A stretch of 64,000 bases of DNA, taken from contig OZ251251.1 of assembly GCA_965240325.2 (NCBI GenBank), positions 124,001-188,000 on the forward strand. The letters run 5' to 3'. The notes under the pieces were generated by a model, which was given only the letters and a program-made list of their open reading frames with translations, searched no databases and was not told the origin of the DNA. Below, piece by piece: positions 10,929 to 20,799 of the stretch. The position numbers and the translations under genes were made by a program. The DNA is from Rebecca billardiae RCC1528 (taxonomy: Eukaryota > Protista > Haptophyta). Every line of letters begins with the position of its first letter. Positions within the stretch are counted from its first letter, which is position 1.

Positions 10929-12212
10929 ATGACGACGCTCGAGCGCCCCGCCGACAAGTACTCGCCAACCTACTTCCTCGCCTCGCTCGGCACGGGCGGC
11001 ATCGCCGTCACCTTCTTCATGTACCCGCTCTTCTGGGTGCCGCACCCCGGCCGCACCGTGCCGATCTTCGAGGACATCGTCGCGGCGTGGTCGAAGGGCG
11101 ACGCGAGCCTGCAAGCCTCCGTCGTGCTCGCGATGGCGGGCATCCTCACCTTCGCGTTCCTCAACGTGCACTCGCTCGTGTGGAACCTGCGCGCCCACGC
11201 CGCGTTCAAGCAGACGCCCGCGTACGAGCGGCTGCGCCAGTCGCACGCCGAGTCCACGCTGATGGCTCAGCCGCTCGCGCTCGCGATGACGGTCAACGTC
11301 GTGTTCATCGTCGGCCTCGTGTTCGTGCCGCGCCTCTGGACGATCGTCGAGTACCTCTTCCCCGTCGCGATGACCGCCTTCGGCCTCATCACCGCCCAGG
11401 CCTTCCGCCTCCTCGCGCACTTCCTCGGGCGCGTGCTGACGGAGGGCGACCCGGCGCCTCACAACTCGTTCGCGCAGGTCACGCCCGCGTTCGCGATCGC
11501 GATGATCGCCGTGGGCTTCGCCGCGCCGGCGGCGATGAGCTCGAACCCGTCGACCGTCGCCGCCTCGCTCGTCTTCTCCACCACGCTCGGCACCTTCGCC
11601 ATCGTGTACGCCGTGCTCGCGGCAAGCATCGCTCTCTCATCGATGCTCAAGCACGGTACGTCGCAGGAGTCGGCGCCGACGCTCATGATCATCATTCCGA
11701 TCTGCACGGTGCTCGGCATCATGTTCATGCGGCAGGACCACGGCCTCCACGCCGAGTACGACGCGCACGCCAACGCCGGCGAGACCCTCGTCTTCCTCGC
11801 GCGCATGCTCGCCATCCAGCTCGCCTTCTTCTTCGTCGGCGGCGTCGTGCTGCGCTCGCACCGCTACCTGCGCGAGTACGTGCTCGGTCCCAAGGCGTCG
11901 GCGGGCTCGTACGCGCTGGTGTGCCCGTTCGTCGCGCTCTCCGTGATGCTGCACTTCTTCGTGAACAAGGGCCTCGTCGCCGCCGGCGTGTTCGCCAAGT
12001 ACTCCGCCGCGTACTGGGCGATCACCTCGCTGGCACTGCTCTCACAGGCCGTCGCGATCGGCCTGGTGGCGCGGCTGCACGCGCAGCACTTTGTGCGGCG
12101 CACGCCCACGGGCGGCGCCAAGCCCGTGGACCACGCCGCCGAAGTGGCGCCGGCTGGTGGGGCGGAGTCGGTGGACGACGCCCTCGAGCTGGGGCAGGGT
12201 CTGTCTGGATGA
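10929..12212 (+). CDS. Polytopic membrane protein resembling the bacterial TsoY (seleno)protein family
   Basis: 427-aa intronless ORF with many hydrophobic segments. YSPTYFLASLGTGG..FFMY..FWVPHP...PIFED and GSYALVCP match my recollection of TsoY-family proteins; the family name is unverified. Confidence 0.7.
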   Translation: MTTLERPADKYSPTYFLASLGTGGIAVTFFMYPLFWVPHPGRTVPIFEDIVAAWSKGDASLQASVVLAMAGILTFAFLNVHSLVWNLRAHAAFKQTPAYERLRQSHAESTLMAQPLALAMTVNVVFIVGLVFVPRLWTIVEYLFPVAMTAFGLITAQAFRLLAHFLGRVLTEGDPAPHNSFAQVTPAFAIAMIAVGFAAPAAMSSNPSTVAASLVFSTTLGTFAIVYAVLAASIALSSMLKHGTSQESAPTLMIIIPICTVLGIMFMRQDHGLHAEYDAHANAGETLVFLARMLAIQLAFFFVGGVVLRSHRYLREYVLGPKASAGSYALVCPFVALSVMLHFFVNKGLVAAGVFAKYSAAYWAITSLALLSQAVAIGLVARLHAQHFVRRTPTGGAKPVDHAAEVAPAGGAESVDDALELGQGLSG

Positions 12213-12716
12213 GTCGTCGTGCGCCATCGGCCATGATCATCATTACCGCTGTGAGCACTGAGATCCGTCGGATCCGAGCGCCGCGCGTCGCGGGCCGCCC
12301 TGCCGGCACGTCGCCGCGTGTACGACGCTCCATCATGCCGTTCGCACGCACGGCAGGGCGGCATCGCGCTGCTGGCTGCCCTGCCCGCGACTGACTCCCG
12401 GCCCGCCCGGGGATGCCAGTCGCGCCGACGACGCGCGGGACCGCCGGACCGTCGGGCCCGCGCGGGCCGGTACTAGCTCGTCGGTCGTGCCGCGCCGTTA
12501 CTTCCGCGCCGCCCGGGATGCTCGTCGATCGGTCTGGCGACTACGGATGAGTTGCATCATACATCGCGGGCTGCAGAGTGCAGGCGGCTCGTCAGGCTGG
12601 CACCAGTCAGACCTGGCGCCGTCCGCGCTACCTCCGACAGTCACGCGCCCGCTTGGTCATCGCGGTGTCAAGTCCGGCCGCGCATGCAGCACCGGCGGCG
12701 GCGGCTGTGGAGTCAA

Positions 12717-13296
12717 TCAAGCGAACATGTCGAAGCCGCCGGCGTCGCGCGCGGCGGCGGCGGCGGCGAACGCCGCGGCGACGGTCGCGACGGCCGCGGA
12801 CTGGCGCTGCTGCGACGCCGCGTGCTCGAGCGCCGCGCGCGCGAGCACGCGCCGCCCGCGCGCGCGGCTCTGCCACGGAAAGTGCACCACCATGGCAGTT
12901 ACATTATCCTGGGACCCTGCGGCGTACGCGGCACCGGCGATGGCGCGCGCGCCCGCCTCGGCGTCGGGCCAGTGCGCCGCGGCGACGTCGACGACCTGCT
13001 GGTCGCTCAGCACGTCGGTCACGCCGTCGCACACGACCGTGACGAACAGGTCCTCCGGCTGTAACGGTAACGTAACCGTCAGCTCGGGCTGCGCGGAGCA
13101 GATGGCCCGCGGCCGCTTGAGCGCGATGTCGCCGAGGCAGCGCGACATCGCGAGGAACGGGCGCATGCGCCGGACGAACTGGGGGGCGCCGCCCCCGCCG
13201 CCGCCGCCGCCGCTCGCGCCCCCAACGCCCGGCGCACGCACCACACCACCAACCCCACCCGCGACCGCCGCCCCCGCCGCCCCCGCGCCACCGCAC

Positions 13297-13337
<41 letters not shown>

Positions 13338-14499
13338 CATCAGCGGCCCGAGCGGCGTGGTGACGCGCCAAACGCCCTGCAGCTGCACGACCTCGCCGCC
13401 CGACGCGCGCACGCGCGCGCGCTCGTCCGGGCGGTCCGGCTGTGGGCGGGCGGGGCGGGGGGGGCGGGAGGGGTGGTGAGGGCGGGGGCAGCCGGCGCGG
13501 CGCGGGGGCGGCGAGATTGCAATCTCGGCGCGGCGCGGGGGCGGCGAGATTGCAATCTCGGCGCGTCGCGCACCTTGTGGTCGTCCGTGAGCGTGACGCA
13601 CCGCCCCGCGCGGCAGAGCAGCGCGCGGCAGTCGCCCACGTGCGCGATCGCGAGCGCCGTCCGCGCCGCCGCCTCCGTCGCCTCCGCGTCGTCTGAAAAC
13701 TCGGCGGCGACGGCGTCGGCGGCGGCGCACGCGGCGGCGGCGGCAGCGGCGGCGGCGGGTGATGGTGACGATGGCTCGGCGGCGGCGGCGGCGCGCGGCG
13801 GCAGTGGCGGCCACGCCGAGCTGCCCTCTGCCGCCCCGCCGCCGCCCGCCGCGCCGCCGCTCCCCGCCGCGCCCGCCGCGCCGCCGCCGCCACCCGCAGC
13901 GCCCGCCGCCGCCGCCGGCAGCTGACAGATGATTAAGGCAAGCGCGGTGGTGCCGCCGCCGCCGTTGGGCGGCGGCGCGGCGCGGTGCGCGCCGCCGGGC
14001 CCCGCCTGCCACTGCTGCTGCGCCGCCGCGGCGCGCTCGAGGAAGTCCGCGTCCACCTTCGGGAACGCGTACCTCAGCGCGTCCTCAGCGCGTGACACCG
14101 CCGTCGCCAGCGCGGCGGCGGTGGCGGCGGCGGTGGCGGCGGCGGTGGCGGCGGCGGCGGCGCCGCCGCCGGGGGCGTGGGCGTGTGCGCCGCCGGCGGC
14201 GGCGGGCGCGGCGGAGGGCGGCTCCTCGGTGTGCATGCGGCACAGCCCAGCGCACCGCCCGCCCGCCGCCCCGGCGCCACCGCCACCGCCGCCCGGCGCG
14301 GCGGCGGCAGCAGCAGCCGCGCTTGGCGCCGCTGCCGCCGCCTCAGCTGCCTCCGGCGGCGCCGGCCCGGCGCGCGGCGGCGGCGGCGGGGCGCTGACTA
14401 CGCCCGGCGGCGCGCAAGTGGGCACCGGGCTCGGCAGCGGCGAGTCCCACGACGCTCGCGCCCCGGCGGCGGCGGCGGCGGCGGCGTCCGGCGGCGGGC

Positions 14500-14557
<58 letters not shown>

Positions 14558-14906
14558 TGCCGCCGCCGCGGCGTGCGCCTCGGCCGCCTGCGCGTCAAGG
14601 CGCTCCTGCACGCACGCGTGCAGCCGCGCGGCCACGTAGTCCGCGCACGCGGTGCCGCCGTGCCCGTCGTACAGCCCGAAGAACGCCATCTCCGGAGCCG
14701 GCCCGTCCGGACCCGGCCCGTCCGGACTCCGCACGTCCGGACTTTGCGCGGGCCCGGACTGTCCGGGCGGGGCGCCGGACTGCGCGGGCGGCGGCGCTGG
14801 GCTGTGCGCCGGCGGCGGCGGCGGCGGCGGTGGCGTCGTCGTCGTGCCGCCGGGGATGGCGCCGCGCGGCGGGCGCCCCGCGCGGCGCGCCGCCGCCGCC
14901 ACGCCG

Positions 14907-14938
<32 letters not shown>

Positions 14939-15793
14939 CGGCGGCGCGCGGCGCACCGGCGGGCAGCGTAACGGCATCGCCATCGTGTAACGGTCTTCGA
15001 GCGAGGCGCGGCGGCCTTGCCACGACTCGCCGCCGGCGAGCAGGCGCTCGGCGAGCGGCAGCGCGACGTCGGCCGGCGGCGGCGCGCGCGGCGCGGCCCA
15101 CGGCTGCGCCACCGCCGGCCGCGGCGCGGGCTGCGCGCGCGCAGCCGCCGGCCGCCACGCCGCGGCCGCCGGCGGCGGCGGCGACGGCGCCGCCGCGCGC
15201 GCGGCGTGCGGCGGCGCGCCGCCGCCGCCGCCCAGGGCTGGCACGGGCGGCTCGGACGCAAGCACGCCGAGCACGCCGGGCCCCGCCAGCGCCGCCGCCG
15301 GGTACCGGCGCGGCAGCGGCGCCGAGCACGTCGGCGCCACCGGCGCCTGGCGCCGTGGCAGCGGTTGAGTCAGCGGCTGCTGCAGCATCGGCGAGGGTGG
15401 CGCGACGGCCGCGGCGGCGGCGGCCGCGGCGCCGGCGCTGGCGGGCTGCGCGAGCAGCGGCTGGGGCAGGCTCGCGCGACACGCGCCGCCCTCCGCACCG
15501 CCGCCCTCGCCCAGCTCGGCGCGCGCGGCGCGCGGCGGCGGCGGGCGCGCCGCGCCGCCACCGCCGCCGCCGCCGTGTCTAGGCTGCCTGGGCGCAAGGG
15601 CCGGGGAGGCGAAGGCGAAGGCGTGGGCGCCGTTCGGCGGCGGCGGCGGCGCGCGCGCGTCGCGCGGCTCGGCGGCGTGCCGCGCCGCCGCGCCGGGCGC
15701 GGGCACCGCCGCCACGCCCGGACCAGCCGGACCGTCGCTGCCGCTCAGCGTCGGCGGGCGCGCATGCTGCAGTGGCGGCTGCAAGGCTTCGGA

Positions 15794-15826
<33 letters not shown>

Positions 15827-16597
15827 CGCGGCGCCGCCGCCGCCGCCGCCACCGTTGCCGAGCGCGCCGCCGCCGTTGGCGAGGAAGCGTGCGCCGGCGA
15901 GCGCGTGGGGCACGTCGGGCTCGTGCGCCTCGGCGGTGGCATCGCCGTCCCGCCGGGCTCCGCCGCCCACGCCGCCCACGCCGCCGCCGTCGGGTCCGCG
16001 CGTGCGTGCGAGCTTGCGCGCCCGCACCGCCACCGGCGTCGGCGGCTGCGTGCGCGCGGCGGCGGCGGCGGCGGCGGCGGCGGCACCTCGCCTGGCCCAG
16101 GTGGGGCTGGGCCCGAGGGCCTCCTCGCTCTCGTCGTCGTCCGCGTCGTCGTCCCCGTCCTCGCCCGTGTCGTCGCTCGCCGCGCCGCGGGCGCGCGGCG
16201 CGGGCGGCGCATACGCACCACGGCCGTGCGGGCCACAGTGCTCGGCGTCGTCGTCGCGCGTGCGGCGGCGGCCGGCGGCGGGGCGGTAGGTGCCAGCGTA
16301 CGGCTCGGGGCCGCGCTGCCACGCGCCATCGCGCCACGGCCCGCGCGGCACGCGCAGGTGCGCGTCGCGCGCGTCGCGCGTCTCGACGGCCAGCTGGCGG
16401 TCGAGCGCGCGCGCGCCGAGCGCGCCGAGCCCGCCGGCGGCGCGCGGCTCGCGCTCGGCGGAGCGCGAGTGTGTGGGCGAGTGGTCGCGGGAGTGGGGCG
16501 AGTCGCCCGCCGCCGAGCCGCCACGCCGGCCGCCCAGCCGCTCGGCCGCCGCGCGCTCGCGCACCGCGCGCAGCGGGGACGTCTGCCGCCTGCTCAT
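12717..16597 (-). CDS. Protein phosphatase 2C with long low-complexity N-terminus
   Basis: Motifs QGRRASLED, FFGLYDGHGG, GTTA, AHVGDCRA, LTDDHK|PDRPDE, LAMSRCLGD, CDGVTD, GSQDNVT. Intron at 13440-13573; possible in-frame intron at 14780-14956. Confidence 0.88.
13494..13559. repeat. 33-bp tandem duplication containing the palindrome GAGATTGCAATCTC (intronic)
   Basis: Two exact units in the PP2C intron. Confidence 0.9.
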
Positions 16598-16883
16598 CGC
16601 GAGAGCAGCGCGCACTGCGGGCGGCGGCGGCAGGTGGAGTTGCAAGGGACCGCGCGGTTGGTTATTGGTTACTTGGTTACTTGGTTGCACCAGGCGGGTG
16701 AACTACTGAACTATCATACGAACTACTAATTAGCATTAGGTAACTGGTTACCCCGTCGGTTGTGAACTTGCGATGTCTCGGACTTATCACTGAACTGGGC
16801 GAAAACTTTCAAGCATGCGTTGATTGGTTTAACCACGTGGCTCGCGACGATGACGATAGTGCCAGGTGGCGGGGACGCGGTAT

Positions 16884-17070
16884 TCAAATATTTGGTGGTA
16901 GCGGACCGTTTTCTTTTTGATAATCATATCATCCTCTTCATATGGGTTTTCCAAGTGATTATCATGGATGAGCGCTCAATCGAACAATATTGGAAAACCT
17001 CTCGATTCGACGCGATGACCAAGGCCTTTGAGTCCGGTTCGGCCCCTGCCCACGCCTGCACAAGTACTGG
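16884..17070 (+). repeat. 187-bp direct repeat, copy 1
   Basis: Appears identical to 19979-20165; AT-rich relative to its surroundings. Confidence 0.95.
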
Positions 17071-19718
17071 GCGCGCCCGGGTTCGTCGCGCTCCGACAGG
17101 TTGGTCTCCTCAGCGTACTCGGTGGTGCCCCCAAGGAGGTTGTTCAGCATGCCCGTGTGCTCCGGCGCGCGCGGGCGCGTGTTGGCCGCCGACGTGCTGG
17201 CGCGCTGCAGGGCGCGCTCGAGCCCAGACGATCCGTCGCCGCGCGGGAGGCTGATGACGACGAGATCGGCCTGCCGGTTGAAGAGATCGGCCGCCTCGGC
17301 GGTGCTGCCCGCGTCGAGCACGCTGGCGCCGAGCACCGACCCATCTCCGGACCTGTTGAGCGTGGCCAGCCTCACCTCGTGCACGGCGTCGGTGGCGGGG
17401 GTGTGCGGCTGAGCGGGCTCGCGCGCCTCGGCGCAGCACGGCGCGCCGTGAGCCGCGGTGGGGGGTTGCGCCCGGCAGCACTCGGCACGGCGGCAGCTGT
17501 CCCGCTGCGCCTCCACCGCGCGGTGGTAGCTTGCGCGCAGGTGGCGAGCCACGACCGTGCTGATCTCGCCCACAGTTGTGGCGGCGGCGACGTCCATGAG
17601 GTTGAACGCGTGCGCGCGCGGAGCCGCCTCTGACGCCTCCTCGAGCACACCCGCGCCCATGTGCACCATGCGCTCAGCCGGGATGCACAGGTGCCAGCTC
17701 GGCGGGATCCTCGCCCACGCGTCGGCGCCGCCGGCCCTGCCCGCTGCGCCACCGCTCACCTGCGCGCTGGGTGGCAGCGACCAGCTCGAGAGCAGCTCGG
17801 TAGGGAGCGGCAGGCGTTGCCACTCGTACGTGAGCGGCAGCGCCGGCCTCGACGCGTCGTGCTCCCGCCCAGGGAAGGGCGGCTCGGCGTCCTGCGCGCG
17901 CGCTCGCCTCACCGACCTGTGGCGGTGGTGATGGGGGGGCACTTCGCCGCAGCCGTGGTCGTGCGCGGCGGCAGCACTCAGATTCGCGGCGCGCACGCAG
18001 AGGAGCATGGGCACGTCCGCGATGCGCACAGCGTAGCGCGGCACGCTCGTGCCGGCTTGGTAGTGGTCCACGATGCCGGCGCAGCCGTTGAATTGCCGGC
18101 TCACCTGCAGCCCGCACAGCACGACCCGTGCGCCTGGCCGATGCGCGCGGCTGTGCTGCTCACGCTGCTCGCGCAGCATCGAGCGCGCCACCGCCGCCAC
18201 GGAGGACTCCTCGTCGTTGAAGAAGGTGTGCGTGGCCCACGTCGCCGCGCCGGGGAGCACGTCCAGAACGCCGCGCAGCTGCACCACGAGGAGCGGCACG
18301 GGCGGATCGGCGAACGCTCGCTTGAGCCGCTGCAGCTGCAGGCGGCAGGCGTTCTGCGACTTGGGGCCGAGCGTGAGCTTGGACAGCTGCCGCGTGCCCA
18401 CCGCGAGCCTGCGTGCGATGAGCAGCCGCACGCTCTGCTCAGGCGTCCAGCCCCGTTCCCCCCCCACAGAGTGCACACCGACGAGGGCGGCCACGCATCG
18501 CAGACGATCCTCGTCCCCAGCATCCGCGCGCGCCATGGTGGGGTCAGCCTCGCGCAGCCAGCTCACACTCGACTGCAGGATGTCCAGACCAGGGAGCTCG
18601 GTCGAGGTGGGGCAGCGCATGCTCAGCAGCGCGGAGGCGGCCGGTGGAGCGAGTGCGCAGGCCAGCCGCACGAGCAGCGGCATTGTCATCTCCGGGTTGT
18701 CCGTCGAGGCGCTCACTGGCGTGGGCACTGGGTTGTCGTTTGAGGCAGCCGTCGTGTTGTGCTGCTCCCTGCTCACGAAGGCGGCGCACGTGGCGCTCAC
18801 CGCCGCGCGCGCCGCGCTCGACACCGAGCGGGTGGGCTCGTCATCGGCCGCTGCAGTTTTCGGACGCTTCGCGTCGTACGCCGTGTCGTCGCGATCAGCG
18901 GGGAGCGCCTCGCAGCTCGTGGTCGCCTGGGACTCCGTGTGCGTGTGAGTTGGGGTGTTGTCTCTGCCTCCGGCGTTCACGCCGCAGGAGCCAGCATCAT
19001 GCTGCTGTGCGCTCGGCTGCGCGTGCAGGTACCGAACGTGCTCCTCTGCCGTGAGCTCGCGCTCCCCCGTGGTCGCCAGCTCGAATTGCGCGGCGCGCAA
19101 CTCGTGCTCGGAGCCGTCGTCCGCGCGCACCTCGTACCACGGGAGGGAGCACTGCTGTGCTCCAGCCACCGCCGCCGGATGCGCTCCTGTCACCACCCCG
19201 CGCATCTCGTGATTGGCGTCGCCGGCGTGGATGCGCACGGTGCACCCGGGCAGCACGAGGCCTTGCCGAGAGAGCTGCAGCGGCGAGCTCGCCAGCGAGA
19301 TCTGCCCGCACTCGGCGAGGACTGTGCTGCCGTCGGGTTTGAGCACCTTGTACGCAACGGCAGGAGACTGCTGTCGGTTGCTGTCCACTGCTCGCAGCAC
19401 GGTGCATGGCGCAAGGCTCGAGCGGCGCGTCTCGTCGCGCATGACGATCTGTGCGCCACTCACCGCTCCCGGCACCACGCCCCAGCACATGCCGTCGTGT
19501 GGGAGGCGCTGTGTGAAAGCGCTGCGCACCAGGAGGTTCTCGATGCATTCACGATCTGAGGCCGCCTCGGCGTCCACGAGCGATCGGACGTGCTGCGTGG
19601 CGCGAGCAGAGTCGTTATCGTGAGCGTCGGTGCGCGCGCGGCGCGGTCCGAGATCCGGAGCCATGGGCGCATGCGCCGGCACGGCGGCCACCGTCGCGAG
19701 CAGCAGCTGCGACGCCAT
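16962..19718 (-). CDS. Hypothetical protein (~918 aa); C-terminus runs into the 187-bp repeat
   Basis: Long ORF with complex sequence. Contains GARVVLCGL...FNGCAGIV...RYAVR...CVRAANL, a small beta-domain motif I recall from algal proteins. ATG at 19718. Confidence 0.6.
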   Translation of the reverse strand: MASQLLLATVAAVPAHAPMAPDLGPRRARTDAHDNDSARATQHVRSLVDAEAASDRECIENLLVRSAFTQRLPHDGMCWGVVPGAVSGAQIVMRDETRRSSLAPCTVLRAVDSNRQQSPAVAYKVLKPDGSTVLAECGQISLASSPLQLSRQGLVLPGCTVRIHAGDANHEMRGVVTGAHPAAVAGAQQCSLPWYEVRADDGSEHELRAAQFELATTGERELTAEEHVRYLHAQPSAQQHDAGSCGVNAGGRDNTPTHTHTESQATTSCEALPADRDDTAYDAKRPKTAAADDEPTRSVSSAARAAVSATCAAFVSREQHNTTAASNDNPVPTPVSASTDNPEMTMPLLVRLACALAPPAASALLSMRCPTSTELPGLDILQSSVSWLREADPTMARADAGDEDRLRCVAALVGVHSVGGERGWTPEQSVRLLIARRLAVGTRQLSKLTLGPKSQNACRLQLQRLKRAFADPPVPLLVVQLRGVLDVLPGAATWATHTFFNDEESSVAAVARSMLREQREQHSRAHRPGARVVLCGLQVSRQFNGCAGIVDHYQAGTSVPRYAVRIADVPMLLCVRAANLSAAAAHDHGCGEVPPHHHRHRSVRRARAQDAEPPFPGREHDASRPALPLTYEWQRLPLPTELLSSWSLPPSAQVSGGAAGRAGGADAWARIPPSWHLCIPAERMVHMGAGVLEEASEAAPRAHAFNLMDVAAATTVGEISTVVARHLRASYHRAVEAQRDSCRRAECCRAQPPTAAHGAPCCAEAREPAQPHTPATDAVHEVRLATLNRSGDGSVLGASVLDAGSTAEAADLFNRQADLVVISLPRGDGSSGLERALQRASTSAANTRPRAPEHTGMLNNLLGGTTEYAEETNLSERDEPGRAQYLCRRGQGPNRTQRPWSSRRIERFSNIVRLSAHP

Positions 19719-19978
19719 GGAGGAGCGGTCGCTGGGGCGAGCGTGTGGGTCGTTGTTCGTTCGCCGTGGTCGTTCAGTGGGTCGCTTTCGCGCCCGCCGG
19801 TCGTCGGTCCGGGCAAGGGCTCGCTCGCGGTCCGTTGTTCCCGAGACACTTGGCCCAACTCGATCGCAAGGGCACATCGCGCGGCGATGGTGCGGAATTT
19901 GTTATTTTATTCGATTTATCGTCTGCAGTCTGCTCGTTTTGGCCCTACTTTCAGAGGAAAAGGGTATTGGACAATTTG

Positions 19979-20165
19979 TCAAATATTTGGTGGTAGCGGA
20001 CCGTTTTCTTTTTGATAATCATATCATCCTCTTCATATGGGTTTTCCAAGTGATTATCATGGATGAGCGCTCAATCGAACAATATTGGAAAACCTCTCGA
20101 TTCGACGCGATGACCAAGGCCTTTGAGTCCGGTTCGGCCCCTGCCCACGCCTGCACAAGTACTGG
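19979..20165 (+). repeat. 187-bp direct repeat, copy 2
   Basis: Appears identical to 16884-17070; embedded in a longer AT-rich tract (~19890-20560). Confidence 0.95.
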
Positions 20166-20799
20166 TTCCTCAGCAGTGGTTATCGGCATCGTGGTTATCG
20201 GCATTATTGTCGGCACGAGATAATCAAGAGCCGGGGTTCAGTGTTTGAACCTCTTGGCTCTTGTACTCACACGCGTCAAACCACCAGGCTTTCTGGATAT
20301 GATCCGGCTTGTGAAACGTTGCAATACCAAGAGTCGAAAGCTCGAAGTTCGTTGATGTGGCTCTCCCGGTTCGCCTCCAATGACGGCGAACACTTCGCGA
20401 ACGGCAATCAACCGCTCGCGTCAATACCAACAAGTACCCCTTACGAGCTCAGAATTGCGTACGGCTCGCTGGGCGCTGGCGACTGTCCATCGGAAGCTTC
20501 GGCTCTGCATGGACCACTGCATCTACCTATGGGGGTAACGGAAGAAAAAAATAACGCGACAAGTTCCAAGTCCGGCACGAGCAGTGGCGCGCGCGCCCAT
20601 CCTTCGTGCGATCGCCCCATAACGGTGCGCCTATCCGGTGCGCCGCCTTCATCGAGCTCACGGCAGCCTGCCGCAGGGTCCGCGCCTCGCCGGAGCCCGC
20701 GAGTTCCGCCAGCCTGCGCCTCCGCCGGGCCGCCACGGGCGCGGCGCGGCGGCGCCGGCTCCGCCGAGCCACCGCGTCCGGCGGCGCCGGTGCGCGCGC

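Noticed and set aside
11922-11924. Selenocysteine codon in the TsoY-like gene
   Set aside because: The codon is TGC (Cys); there is no in-frame TGA.
16884-20165. LTR retrotransposon
   Set aside because: No TG..CA termini, TSD, PBS/PPT or gag/pol motifs.
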